This document shows, in pieces, positions 1 to 14,289 of a DNA stretch of 64,000 nt. The position numbers were made by a program, and so were the translations under genes. Under the pieces are notes generated by a model, which saw only the letters and a list, made by a program, of their open reading frames with translations, was not told the DNA's origin and did not search any database. Source of the stretch: Geosiphon pyriformis uo1 (taxonomy: Eukaryota > Fungi > Glomeromycota); contig JAAOMT010000304.1 in assembly GCA_016748015.1 (NCBI GenBank), positions 96,695-160,694 on the forward strand, in the 5' to 3' direction. Position 1 is the stretch's first letter. Every line of letters begins with the position of its first letter.

Positions 1-900
1 TATCTAAAACTATATTTAAATTTGAATTTGAATTTAAAACCACAAAAACAAATAAAAAAAATTAAAAAGCAGAAACTAAAAACACCAAATTTGTATTATT
101 TAACTTTTACACAATACTAAATACTTAATTAGCCAAGAGTTCTAAAAAATGTTCTAAAGAAACCAAAAAAATATTAATAAACAAACTATTTTATAGAGCA
201 AAAAAAGTTCAATCAAAATATAAGGTACTAAAAAAAAACAAACCAAAACCAAAACCAAAGCAAGCATTATTAAAAACAAAAACCAATAAAACCACTTGAG
301 CTTATAATTTGTTACCAAAAACAGCAGAATATAAAATAAAAAAATTTTGTTAACATATAACTTGGCCAACTAAAGACAATTTACTTCTAAAACAAAATTC
401 TTATATATTCTTAAAAGTAGAAGAATATACGTACTTAGTATATTATAATTCAGAACAAAATGTCTAAAATATTTATATTTTTCACAAAAAACTACATCTA
501 GTTTAATCCAAAAAAGTTTTATATTACTAAAAATTGGTTTTATGTAAAAAACTGATTCAAGATTTTTTTAATTCAAAACCAATTACAGCACAATAAATTC
601 TATTACCAGTCATAAATAATTGATTAATTACATATGTTTTTCTACCAGTTTTTTTTAATAAAGTATTTAAATTATAAGCAGTTATTTTTATAGTCAAAAT
701 AAACAATAGTACTTTAAATTAATTTCTTAATATTTAAATATTGTAATTTTCTATAGCTTTGAGTATATATATTAAATTTTTTCTAAATAAAAATATTTAT
801 CTTAATGTTAATTAATTAACTTAACTTGATTTGGCAAATTTTATTATAGTTTTCTGTTATAATCTAATTAATTATATTCAGTTACTGTGATGACAATTAT
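1..900 (-). mobile_element. Decayed LINE ORF1 (gag-like, zinc knuckle) fragment
   Basis: Manual minus-strand translation gives TAYNLNTLLKKTGRKTYVIN...CAVIGFE...VFCEKYKYFRHF (degenerate CxxCxxxxH knuckle) and LAKLYV...AVFGNKL*AQVV, homologous to ORF1 of the LINE at 2560-3480. Many stops; boundaries approximate. Confidence 0.6.
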
Positions 901-1609
901 TTTTTTAACATATTTATAAATTTTTTTTTGATTATTACAGTCTGATTTGAACAGAATTTTTGTTTTTTAATATTATTATTTATCATAATGTTTTTTTTTT
1001 GGCCAATAATATAGTCTTTTTTATGCTTTTCTCTAATATAAATATAGAAAGCTTTTTTTTTACCAAGCTATTATAAAGTTTATTCTTAAATAGTCAATTT
1101 TTTTATGTTGTTATTTCATAAAAGAATAAAAAAAAAAAAAAAAAAAAAAAAAAAGACAAAAAAATAAATAAAAATAAAATAAAACTTAAAAAAAAAGAAA
1201 TTAGTATTATTAATTATTATAATCAAAAGTAATTAATTTAAATTTTTATTTGTTTAAGACATTTTATGTTAAGAGCATCTGGCTAAAAATGAAGGTAAAA
1301 AAATAAGTAATTGAGTTTAAACATAAAATTCAAAAATTATGGATAAATAATTTTTGGTTTTAAATCTTATTTTTATTTAATATAATATAAATATATAAGT
1401 AAAATAGATCTAATAAATATGAATAAAAAACATATTTTCTATTTGACTATTTTCTTTGTCTGTTTTTTTTTATTGCTAAAACTACTTGTTTTTATACATA
1501 TTTCTAATTTTACAAAATTGCTTTTTAATTATTTGTTATTACTAGCTATTGTTTACTATTTCTGCTATTGTTTTATTTTTTTATACTGTAATTAATTATT
1601 TTATGTTTT

Positions 1610-2340
1610 TTTTTTTCCAAATTTAACGAGTGAGGTCCAAACACTGTCTAGTACAATACATCAAACAAGTAATCTAAACTAGATGTAAATTATGTATTTT
1701 CTACACGTAACCAGTTATTTAGACTAGTCAGAATAACACTAGGCACTTATATGTACTGAAACCATGTTACCTATATCTGAAAAGATTAAACAAGATTTAC
1801 AAAACCCAAAACTAACACCAAATATATCAGTAATACCCAACAATCTAATCATACCAGCTAAAAGCACTAAAGGAAGACCAAAAATTGAAACAGGAACAAA
1901 ACCAATATGCAAGATTATGCCACTTTTTTTCATAACAACCCAGTGCTTAGCATGTACCAGCCAAACATTATTATGAAATGCAAGACAAAACTCATACACA
2001 AAAGCCACAATATTTTGAGCTGCAATCTTAGAGTCTTTAAAAACAACAACAGATTCATGATACTACTCCTTGAAAACAAAGCCCTTACACAGAGCTGCAC
2101 CAATAACAACATTGGAGACACAAATAGAAAACAACCACGAGATACATGAAAAAAAGTAAGATAAATCCAAGTGTGTTTTCCAAGCAAATGCATAAACTTT
2201 CACCAACTAAGCATAACTAGCAACATCAAATAGACAAGAAAACACATGGTTCGAGATCTCAACATCACTGCAGAATAGACAAATTATACTGGAATAACTC
2301 TTATTATAGAGACACTTATGTACAGCAACTGAAAGACAAT
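1610..2340 (-). mobile_element. 5'-truncated LINE: ORF2 C-terminus, 3' UTR and A-rich tail
   Basis: ORF 1739-2008 ends FGVSFGFCKSCLIFSDIGNMVSVHISA*. 1628-1745 aligns with 8978-9095 (GAGT..GTCCAAACACT...TACGT.A.CAG..ATT.AG.C.A.TCA.AA.A.CACTA), the 3' end of the other minus-strand LINE. T-run at about 1606-1616 is the minus-strand A tail. Confidence 0.75.
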
Positions 2341-2559
2341 GATGCAATGCTTTTATAAAATATGTTTAAAAGCATTTTATGTTATGGCTAATTATTTTGT
2401 GCTATTTTACATTATTGTGTTATTTTGTATTATCTTAAGTTATAATATATTATTCTGTATTATTTTGTATTATTATGTTTTTTTATGTTATTATATTTTT
2501 TTAATATCTTTTGAATTTGTTTTTTTTTATTTAAGTAATAACAATTTATTCTGATTAAA

Positions 2560-5500
2560 AAAAATGCTGTATAAATTGCTAAGATTAATAAAAACAAAGA
2601 ATTATAAAATACAAGAAATAGTAATAAGATACTGTTTTACATACTGCTAATAGGAACTAATGCTTATAATATTTAAAATTTTATTAAGTTAGTAGATAAA
2701 AAAACATGTATTATTAATTATTATCTAGTTAAATACATTCAGGCCAGATGTACAGTTATTTGTTTTGATTTTGCTTAATCATTGAATGCTGTTATGAAAA
2801 TTATGTTAGTATTAAAAGGTGCTAATCTATATTGATCTTGTTTAAGCTCTGCTAAGTATGTAAAGTATGGGTATTTGGATTATATATTATTGGACTGTAT
2901 TATAGAAAATGGTTTTTTTGGTAGCTTATTTTATAAGTATTGTCAAAGGCAAATAAAAACAGACTGGCCATTATCTATGCTAAATGTTTGGCATTTGTCA
3001 CTTATTCTGTTTTTTTTTAGTAATGTTTTTTGAACTAAAATTATTGATAAATCCATTTTTTTTCTGTTTTTTGTGCAAAATAGTTCAATAAATTTTGGCT
3101 ATTTTTTGAAGATAAATTTTTTTTTGTTTATGTCAAAAAAATTGAACAATAAATTTACTATTCTTGAACACAGTTTTATTAGCCTCATAGAGCAGATTGG
3201 TAGACTAGTTAAAAGATTAGATGCATTTAAACTAATAGTTTTTTAGTCTAATCTTAAATGTCAGCTATTGGTAACTTTTTTATTACAGAATTATAAAGCA
3301 AATATAGTAATAAATAAGAGTTTGGGTATATTTACTAGTAGTAAGATTGTTGTAAAAGTGACATTTTGGGATTTGTTAGTGGTAGCTAGTTAAAAAACAG
3401 TATGAAAAGTTTTTTGAATAAAATTTTAGGCTTTTTGGCCAAAATAAACAATGTTAGTCTAAGTTTGGGATTTTATTTATTTTAATAACCAGTTTTTTTT
3501 AGAAAATTGCTATGTGTAATATTAAGAAATAAACAATTTTACTAAACAAAAAAATGTTATTTATTGGTACAAAGATAAAAACAATTTTATATTTATTATC
3601 ATAAAAACAAAATTAAGAGATAAGATTTGTTTTTGAATAATAAATAAATTCAATAAAATTTAAGTATTTATCTCGAATGTCAACACCAATTATTTGAGTT
3701 TTGATGTTATTGTGATAATTAACAATAATATTATTAGACATATATAAAAGTTTTAAAAATAGCTGGTCAGTTTTTATTAATATAACTACTGTTTAAAAAT
3801 TATCTTTTGGTTTCAATTTTAGATTTGTATACTGGTATTACTTTGAAAAAAAAACTAGCTCAGTTCAATAATGTTAATTTAATAGTAGTTAATATTATAA
3901 ATAATAGTATATTTGTAGTCTTCAGAAGTAATTTTGGTTACAGTACAAGTTTTAGGAAAATTTTGAATTTGGATTTGTCTAACTTTTTTAGTGGTTTTTT
4001 ATTACACAAACCTTTTACATAGTTTAATTCTAAGAGAGTGAAAAAATGTATAGACTTTGTTTTAATTAATAATAATCTTTGAAGTTTGAGTTTTAATTAA
4101 CAAATTTATTGTTTAGTTGAATTTTTTAATACTAATCACTTGGTTGTTTTAGTAGATATTAGTCTAAGAAGTTTTTTTAGTTCTCAACTCAATTTAATGT
4201 ATAAACAAACTGCCAAAAATAGGTAAAAATTCAAGATTAGTAACATCAATAAAGAAGTTTGAAAAAGATTTAAAAATATATTGTTGACTGTTGTTAACAA
4301 CTTTAATAAGTACAAGAAAAGACATAATATTAATAAGATATAGCAACTGCTTTATTGGGTAGTTTGTTCTACTGTTAATACTATTCTTTTAAAAACATGA
4401 TACTGAAATGATAAAATAGTCAAATGTGCTGTATTTTCTAAGTTTTACAAACTAGAATTACTAATATTGAAAATTTTAAAGACATACAGATCAAAAAATT
4501 CAAGATACTTTGGATTTTGTCTGACAAGTGAATTTGTTTGAATTCTAATCAGACAACAGAATTCTGAAATTTTTTTAATAATGATGATGATAAGATAATA
4601 ATTAAATAACTGTTGACTTATTTTAAGAGAACTTATAGATTTAATAAGATGTCAAAAGCTAATGTTACTGAGAATACTTGTATTAGAACTGTTATTGTCA
4701 AATATATGAAAGCTTTTGCAGATAATAAAGATAAAATAATAAGAAGTGTATTAAAAATTTTTTTTAAAAAGATTACATTAAATTATTTGGTTAACAATAA
4801 TAAATTGACTTTGGAATCTAATATAATCAAGTGTAAAGTTAATTTAATAATAAAAAATTAAACTAAGAAACACATAATTAAATCTAATATTTTTTTTTAT
4901 TAACAGAAACAATTCATATCTCTTGGTTATATTGTAAATAGTGCATTTTTTAATGTAATGTTTCATATTAATTTTGATAAATTTTTGTTAGTAGTTAGAA
5001 ATTTTTTTGATGGCAAAGCTGCTAGACTGTTTAGTATTTCAATAAGTTATAAAAGCATTGTAACAAGTTTGTTCTAAAATGTTTTTTGTGTCTGTTTATT
5101 TATGTTTAATAGTTGAATTAGTTTTTAATGTCTGAAAAGAGATTTAAATGTCTATAATTTTAAAATCTTATAAATAAAATAGTGTTTTAATAAATACTAG
5201 GCCTATTGCTTTTATTAAAACAGTGAGAAAAATTTTTTCAAAAATTCTGTTTAATCACATCTCTAAAACTTATAGCAAATACAATGTTTTGTATAAAAAC
5301 AACTTTTTGGTTATAAAAAACATTTTGATTTAGTTTTTCAATTTTGCTAATGAGTTTGTAATTAAAAATACTTAAAAAAAAGATAAAAAAATTTGGTTAA
5401 TGCTTTAAGATATGTACAAAGCATATAATTTAATAGGCTAATCATATTTGAAGAATAGTTTAATATAGATTAAAATATGTAATAAGTTTATTAGATTCTT

Positions 5501-8200
5501 TAGTTATATTTATAATAGTCATATAAACAAAATTATAATGAACTTTGGTTTATTTAGAGATTACAAAATTCATGACAGATTAAATCAAAGTAAAGTTTTT
5601 TCATTTTTTTTTTGAAGAATCTTTTAGAATTTTTTTTTATGTAAGATAAAAAAGCAAAAGTCTATATTTAGATATTATATTAATTTTAAATTTATTATTA
5701 AGACTAATAAGATTGAATTAAATGCAGGTTTGACTTTCTATCTGACTATTAGTACTTTTATAAATAATACAATTTAAATCAATAATTGTTGTATAATAAC
5801 ACAAAATATTTTAAATATTATTAGTAAATTTTTTGATATTATGAATATTTTAATAAATACAGATAAGACAATAGTTTAATTAATCCAAAAGCCAATAATA
5901 TTTTTTTAAACATAAGTAAATTACCTATTTTGATTGCTAAGAAAGATAAAGCTCATTAATACTTAGGTATTTTTTTGTTAACTAAGAATATTTCTGAATT
6001 AAGTTTAAAAAAAGCTAATTCAAATATAAAATTTTTTTTATTTATAGTCTTGTAAAAAACTATTTTAAACAAACAGTTTTTCTATTTGGTTTTAGCTATT
6101 TTGCAGTCTATTGTTGGATACAAAACCCAGTTTAGCTTTATTAATAAAAGTGTATATGAAAGATAAAATTGTTTAATTAGAAAAAAGTTAAAATCTAAAA
6201 CCAGTTTACTTAAAAATTTCCTTAATAAAACTATAAATTACTCATTTTTGTACAATTTTAAGTCTTTAAATCAGGTGCAGACAGAAAAAAAGATAACATT
6301 AGTTATGAATTTTGTTAACAATAATAATAATTTTGACCAGTTTTTTAAGCATAGATTGCTAAATTTGCAAATTTTGGATTGAATCTCTCAAAATTTTTTT
6401 TAGTTTTTTGTCAAGTTGAAAGTCAATTTAATAAAAAATTTTCTGGCTGGCATTACCAAAATATTTTTAAACAATGATTTGTCTTTGGCCAATAGCTTAT
6501 TTAGTGCTTTTTATCTCAAAAATATCATTTTTGTTATAAATATTTTAGATCAGATAAAATATTTTTGGGTTTATAAATCTTTAAAGTATTTTGGCATTTT
6601 TTTTTGCAGACCAGTTTTTAAATAGTTATAAAAAATGCTTTGCTTAAAAAGATTTTTGTTAATAAAAATATTTGGATCTCAAGAGTTCAATTTCTTTTTG
6701 GTTTATATAAGTTTTAGAATTTATTAGAGATAATAATCTGGTTTATAGTTTTTTTCTACTTCTGAGAATTTTTTTAAGAATAATTGTAACTAATATATAT
6801 AGCTTTGGAGTTATTTGTTCCTGTTTGAAAAATATAGCTTTGTTTAAAATCTTTATTTACACTAATAGTTTTGTAAAAAACTTTGGTTTTTTCTAATATT
6901 ATTAGTAATATAGCTGTTTACTTTTCTGATTTAGGTCTGTCTATAGGAATAAAAATTCATAGATTGTTATCTTTGACTCTGATTGAAATGCAAGCTATTG
7001 TTCTGGCTTTTGAATATGTTTTGGCTTTTTCCAAAATTATAATCTTTTCTAACAGTTAGGTTTTTTTAAATACATATTAAGCTAAATTAAAATTGATAAC
7101 TCTTAATTTTTACAATAAGTGCTGAATTAAATGTTACCAAGTCAGCAACTTAGTTAAAAATAAAAGTATTTTGGTAATATAAGTTAAAGTAAAGAGTCAT
7201 TCTAATGTGTTAGACAATAAGCATATTAATAGATTAAAAAATTGGGCTATATTTTTGAAACTTGTTCTTCCAGTTAATATTAAAGAAAAAGTTTTGGTAA
7301 CTGATAATAAAGTGGTATCTGACAATACTCATTACTTTATAAGAGCTGTAAATAATGCTATAAAGTAATTTTAATAGAAGACTAGATTGTGTCTTAATAT
7401 TATAAATCTATTCTTTGTTGATAACTTTAATTAGAAATATATAATCTTAGTTTGGCATTCTAATTCTTATATAATTGTCAGATACATGAATAAAGCCACT
7501 TTTGGTTTATATACATACTTATTCAAGACTTTGCATAAAAAGTTGTTAGTAGTAGTTAGAAAATACTTGTACAATTATAACTATTTAAGTGTATTATATA
7601 TATATAATAATGAAATAAAGTTTTTAGATTATAGTTTTACTTACAGTTTAGATTTTTTTATTTATTAAAATTTGTTAAATAAATATTGCTCTTTGTAAAA
7701 GTTTTTAATTAATGCAAATTTGGTTTTATCTATAATTTTTTAATTATTAGTTGAGTATGCTTTAGATATTAACAAATACATAATTTTGTGCAAAAAGTTC
7801 ATTTTAAAAGATTGGTTGTTAGAAACTAAAACTTATTTTAAAAATGCTAAATTACCATATTTAGATTGGTTGAGTTTGTTTGAAGCTTGGTTATTAACTA
7901 TAAAAATAAAAATAAAATTTTAATTTAAAGCTTTGAGTTAATATAAATTATAAAAAGTTGTTAATTAAAGATGGCTCTGTATTTAATATTGTTTATGGTT
8001 TTTTTGCTGAAATTTTAAGTAGAATTATTTGTTTATTAGGTATTGAAAAAAATTTAGCTATTAATTTTGGTTTGAAAATTAGTTATTTATTTTTTATTAA
8101 TACAGTTAAAAAAGTTTTAGTTAACATAATTACATAGTATTGTTTTAATTAGCTGAATAACTAGTTATATATAATAAACAATTAAATTATATTTAATTAA
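2560..8200 (+). mobile_element. Near full-length decayed LINE: ORF1 (about 2560-3480) and ORF2 with APE endonuclease, RT and RNase H (about 3480-8140)
   Basis: ORF1 has RCTVICFD and a degenerate knuckle. ORF2 begins RKIAMCN (APE-like N-terminus) near 3500. RT core STFINNTI (=AFVDDTI) at about 5750. RNase H IYTNSFVKN...TLIEMQAIVLAFEY...VKVKSHS at 6850-7210. Colinear with the minus-strand LINE at 8960-11680, with the same 3' UTR at about 8135-8180. Many stops. Confidence 0.8.
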
Positions 8201-8867
8201 AATTTTAAATAGTTGTATTATATTAGATAATAATTAAATTTTACATATAATATTAATAAAATAAAAATAAAAATAGTATTATATAATAATAAAAATAATA
8301 AAAAATAATTTTATTTTAATATGTAAATTAAATTAATAAAAATTTTATATGTAATATTAGTTTTATAAATATTTTAATTGTTATTTTTTTTAAAAAGTAA
8401 CAAAAATTTTAAAGTAAAAAAATAGTTTATATTATTAATAAAAATAATATTTTAATNNNNNNNNNNNNNNNNNNNNTTTGGTTTGAAAATTAGTTATTTA
8501 TTTTTTATTAATACAGTTAAAAAAGTTTTAGTTAACATAATTACATAGTATTGTTTTAATTAGCTGAATAACTAGTTATATATAATAAACAATTAAATTA
8601 TATTTAATTAAAATTTTAAATAGTTGTATTATATTAGATAATAATTAAATTTTACATATAATATTAATAAAATAAAAATAAAAATAGTATTATATAATAA
8701 TAAAAATAATAAAAAATAATTTTATTTTAATATGTAAATTAAATTAATAAAAATTTTATATGTAATATTAGTTTTATAAATATTTTAATTGTTATTTTTT
8801 TTAAAAAGTAACAAAAATTTTAAAGTAAAAAAATAGTTTATATTATTAATAAAAATAATATTTTAAT
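8066..8867. other. Assembly gap (20 N, 8457-8476) flanked by an exact ~390-bp direct duplication
   Basis: 8066-8456 is repeated verbatim from 8477 to 8867. Identity is perfect, whereas every other repeat pair in the window is diverged. Confidence 0.9.
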
Positions 8868-8959
8868 ATAATTTTATATCTTATATTAGTGTTTTTAAAA
8901 TTTAAAATTAAATATTAATTGTATTTTTTAATAAATATTTATTAATATATATATATTTT

Positions 8960-11680
8960 TTTTATTAGAAGTTTTATGAGTACAGTCCAAACACTACCTA
9001 AATATATAGAATCAAAACAAAATCTAAATTAAGCATGGCTCATGCTTTTTTTATACGTGATCAGCCATTCAGGCCAATCAAAACAGCACTATACACCTAG
9101 ATTACTTACCACAGAAATATTACTCAAAAAACCAAAATCCAATTTGGCCAGACATGAATGCAACCCAAAGCACACATAAATACCTAGCCTGAAGCCAAAA
9201 TCCTGAATTATTTCAGCAAACCACAAGAAAGACAAACCAAACACTAAAAAAAAAAAGAACTGTCATGTGGCAGGAGGTTATGCTTTTCATAATAGAACTT
9301 TAACTTAGTCACAGACAGCCAAATGGCAGATCTGTAACTCTTAGCAAAACAATGAACAAAATTAACAACCAATACACCACTACCAGAATCAGCACTTAAA
9401 CAGTCTATCATGTCAACTATCCAACTTTTCAACACAAAACTCTTAGCTAACACCATGAACAAGTTAATAAAAAAAGCAGTTTCATTCAGCAAACTAGTAA
9501 CTGCATTCCCATTGGCAAAAGTGCCCAGCAATATACCCCATTCCAGAATAGCATCAAACAATAAGGTTTCCCAAACATTGATATTATGAGTACAAGAAAA
9601 CATGTGATTAAAGTTCTTTACCAAACCACACTGAATACAAGCAATACTTGAATATCTCAGATTATACATCTTTTTTTTTTGGCCACTAGCAAGCAATGGT
9701 AGAGTATTTTCATGAAGTATGACCAAAGCATCACCAATGTAGTACAAATGTAGGCAAATCTGATCTTGTTATCAGGATGCCAAACACAAAAAGTTTTGGC
9801 CTTATTAAAATAACCACAGAGATCTGCACTAATAACATTACCAACACATCTGGTCTCCCAACCAACAGAATAAACAGCATTGAATAATATTTTGGCAATA
9901 TAATGAGCATTCCTAGAGATAAGTCTGCCTTCAACATTGAAAAAACGATAAAACACTACAAAAGGCAAGAAGGATCTAAAGGTAACAGTAGCATTAGCAT
10001 AGAAATTGGCATATTTGTTTCCAACAACACCAGAATAATCCTTAACCTTATTCCAAGTAATTGACAAACCCTTTTTGGAAATAACTTGGTGAATATGTTT
10101 TTTTTCGATCCAGCATTTGTTATGAAAGTCAGGACCAGACACATCATTAATGGAGTTGCACATGTCTAGTAAAGCTTGATTGTTTGTAAACAAGTCAACA
10201 GATTGAGAAGTGGACATATACTCTAAAGCAAAAGCAATAGCCTGCAGCTTAATCAGAGTTGATAATAGCAATCCATCCACTTTAATCTTGATGCTAGTGT
10301 TCATATCTGAAAAGTAGGTGGCGGCATTACCACAAGCACCCAACAAACCCAAATTTTTGATAGAATCATCTGTGTAGACAATTATAAAACCCAACCCAGA
10401 ATTCAACAAACACTCATCAATATAACCAAAGTTACAAGAAGAAACAGCGAGAATAGAATGAGAAGACAATAGCACACCATTTAACAAACCACTCTCATTG
10501 ATAAATTTGACTATGGAAACAAACCAAACAAGAACTGGGCCTCTAGGATACAGCTTTTTTCATTTGCAAAAAGTGTTCTATGTAAAACATGTGCTGCAGC
10601 AGTCTAAAAACTGGTCTGTAAACACAACACCATATTTTTTAAGAGACTTCATCATGTTCAAATAAGACTCAAAACTGAACACATCTAAGACTGCAATACT
10701 ATTCCTGGCCCAAAAAACATCAGACAAATCACCACTTAAAGATAAATTGCACAATTTAAGAACATGTATTGTGCCAGCCAAAAAACAATTTGTAAAATCA
10801 ATTAGCAATTTAATTAGAACTCAAAGAGGATGCTGGAGCATCCAGCTAGTGGCCTGCAACTCTATGGTTCTGTGTTCAAATAACTCACTAAGGATTCTAT
10901 CAGCATTAGCAAAACTAACCAAGCCAGCCAATAAATTCTCAGCCAGTACTTGTTTAAAAGTTTTTAAACCATATAGCTCTGAATAATGCAAAGCCTTATT
11001 TGAAAAATCCTTGGGCAGATTGGTCTTGAGCTTCAATTTCTTTCTTAATATTTTGTCCCACTTCTTACATACACCCTTTAAAACACAACTAAACTGCAAT
11101 CTATAACCAATTATGGGCTACAAAACAGCAAAAACCAAATACAAAAACTGTTTTTCAGTAATAGCCTTCCTCAAAACCATATTCAAAAAGAATCTGATAT
11201 CAGAATAAGCTTTGGCCAAACTCGGCTTTAACAGGCCATTCATAGAAAAAAAAATCTCTAAGTACTGATAAGACTTACACCTTTTGGCTATAGAGATATT
11301 AGAGCCACTAATAGACAGTGGAATTTTTCTGGCTTCTTGATTAATAAAAATGGTAACTATTTTGTCCATATTAATAGAAATGTTATTGACCAAAAAAAAT
11401 TCACTTACAATGTTTAAAATACATTGTGTGGCTGCTAAGCAATTTTTAATTCAAATAGTATCATCCATAAATGCACCAGCTGCAAAAAAAAAAGTTCTGT
11501 CACCCTTAAAGTCAACTTTACTGGTCCTTGTGAAAAATTTTAAACTTAATTTGTAACCATACAATTGCTTATTTCTTTTAACTTTACAAAGCAAAAAATT
11601 ATAAAAGATTCTCCACAGCAATAGCAAAAAGACTTCTTTTTGATTATATTTTACAAAAACTAATAAATATGCCAATTAAA
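8960..11680 (-). mobile_element. 5'-truncated LINE: RT C-terminal half, RNase H, Cys-rich C-terminus, 3' UTR and poly(A)
   Basis: AAGAFMDDTI RT motif (ORF 11451-11675). RNase H VYTDDSIKN...TLIKLQAIAFALE...LFTNNQA...WNKVKDYSGVVGNKYAN (ORF 9657-10487). CIQCG...NHMFSC (ORF 9244-9747). AATAAAAAAAAA tail on the minus strand at about 8956-8967. Confidence 0.88.
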
Positions 11681-12649
11681 AAATAAATAAAAGAACTAAT
11701 ATTATTGTATTAATTTTTGCTTTAAATAAATTGCTTTAAGTATTAATAAATTTATATAACTATAAAAAATTTTGTTTATGTATTCTTAAAAAAGAATCAA
11801 TAATTAAATTAATAATTATATTAACAACTATTTTTAAAAATAAAATAATTAATTTATAATATTAATATTTAAAATATATAATTAACAATGATTAAATAAA
11901 TTAAAAAAATTAAAAATAAATAATTTTCAATAAAATTTGTATTATATTTTTTAATATATAATAATAAGATATTTTTTTAAGTAAAATAATTTTTTTAACT
12001 TAACTACTAATATTTATAATCAAAATTTTGTTTTTTGTTTTTAAAATATTAATAAAAGTTTTTTTGATTATAATATTCTATTTTTAATTTGTTTTTATAT
12101 TTATTAACACAAAATTATGTTATTTAAATAATTAATATATTAACAAAATTTTTTGTAAATCTTTTTATTTTTAAAAAAATATTATATTCTTTTATTAACA
12201 TAAAAATTAAAAATTAATTTTATTAAATAATTATTTTTTATTAATTTTAAATAGTTTTAATAATATTTATATAAATATTAAATAATTTGTTTTTTGTAAA
12301 TTTTAATTTTGTTATTTTTGCTTATTGTTATAAATAATGCTTTATTTTTTGTAAATTATATTTTATAAAAAACACTAAATATTACAAATAAATATATTGT
12401 ATTATGTTTTATAATTTAGTATTATAAATATGTTGTGTTATTTAAAAATTTATCAAAATTTAAAGGTTTTTACAATTAAGTTTTTATATAAAAAATAAAA
12501 ATTCAAATATTAATTACTTTTAATATTTAATATTTTACTTTTTTGGCTTAATAACTAATTTATTTTGGTGTTTTTTATTTTTTTAATAAGTTATTTAATT
12601 TTTTAAAAGTTAATTTTATATTTTTTATTAGATTCTTTTTAATATTGTA

Positions 12650-13165
12650 ATTTTAACACTTAATTTTTAATCAATTAATTTAATAATAATCATAAAAACT
12701 TTGTATTTTGTTAATAGTTATAATTAAAAATTATTGTTTTAATATATTAATAATTGCTTTTAATATTTATTATTTTTAACAAAATAATATAAATAGAATA
12801 AATAATTTTAACAATAATAATTATTAATTATAAAGTTTTTTTGGTTTTAATTAATAAGTTTATTAAATAATATATTAAATTAAAAATAATTTAAGTAAAT
12901 AAAATTAAAATTAAACTAATTGTTTTTTTATTAGATTATAAAATTTTTTTTTAATAATAATAATATTATGTATATATAAATCTTATAATATAAAATAATT
13001 TGATATTTTTAATTATTTTTACATTTTTTTAGTTATTGCTAATATTGTTAATATTTTTAAAATTTTTAACATATTTTTTGGTATTTTTAAAATTTCTAAT
13101 ATTATACTATTTTATTAATTTATATATATTATTATTTTTTTTATTTTTTTTATGAATAATAACAA
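12650..13165 (-). repeat. Highly decayed LTR fragment related to the element-C LTR
   Basis: The reverse complement of about 12700-12750 (TATTAAAACAATAATTTTTAATTATAACTATTAAC) matches C-LTR TATTGGAACAATAGCTCTTGATCACAGCTATTGAT, differing almost only by G>A/C>T. Boundaries uncertain. Confidence 0.4.
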
Positions 13166-14289
13166 TTAATTTTTAATATATTAAAATATGTTTTTTAACA
13201 AAACAGTATATTATAATCTTAATAATAATAAGTTTTTTTATTAATGTATTATTTTTAAAATATTATTTTTTTATTATTTATTGTCTTTAATTAAGTTATT
13301 AAAAATATATTTTGTTTAAATTTAAAATATTTATATAATTCAACAAATTTTTTTTTCAAAATTTTTTTTAAATAACAATAAATGCAATTTATTTTTAAAA
13401 AATACATTGCTTTTTTATATTTAATTAAACTATTCTAATTATAATTTTCCATATATAGACAATTCTATACATAATTTTATTATTTTGTAATTTTTTAATG
13501 CTGTATTAATATAACAAAAAAACAATTACATGTTTTTTTATAATATATATGTAGTTTTATTATTATGTTAATATTTATTAAATTCTTTATTTTTATTAAA
13601 ACTGATACACAATATTTTATCATTGTTAATTCAGTTATTAAAAGAAATTTTTGGCATTGTGTTCATTGATTAACTAGCTTGAAACATACAGTATATTTTT
13701 AAAGGTTTTTCAATACCTCTATCTTTTTTCTCAAGTACTTTGTTTTTATCACGTAAAACATAATGTTATAAATTAAGACTGAGGCTTTCGACTAAAAAAA
13801 AATTTGCATTTATTTTATCACAGAAGAGGTTTCTATGCATGTTATTTTATGCAATTTAATAGCTACCTTTTTATAAGTTTAATTTGATAAGAATCTTATT
13901 CGTCCATCCATTATAACTGTATAATGTGTCCTTTTTTTGAAAAGAATTCTATTTGGAGTGTAGCAAAGTTTCTAATTGCTATTATTGGGCTTTTTCACAT
14001 TTATTAAAATTTCTCCTTGCTCATCACTAACTTGTAATCTGCTATTGTGAATTATAATGTTTGTTACTGTGTGAAATAATAGCTTTAAGCACAGAAAGAA
14101 ATTATCTCCTCTTAGCCTTAACCACCCCATAAACACAAAGTAACATGTAATACAAAAAATTCGTTTCTTTTTTATTGCAGAATTATATTGGATCAGCTTG
14201 TACACTAAGAATATTTTCAAGTATATCTCAATGTTTGAATCTAAAGGGACCCAGACCATAGACAATGAGCTAATTAGCACTTTTAGGAT

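Noticed and set aside
2339-2554. Short hydrophobic F/I/L/Y-rich ORFs (also 19795-20061, 24891-25073, 56128-56319, 57768-57965, 62698-62895)
   Set aside because: Expected by chance in AT-rich decayed repeats; no domain features.
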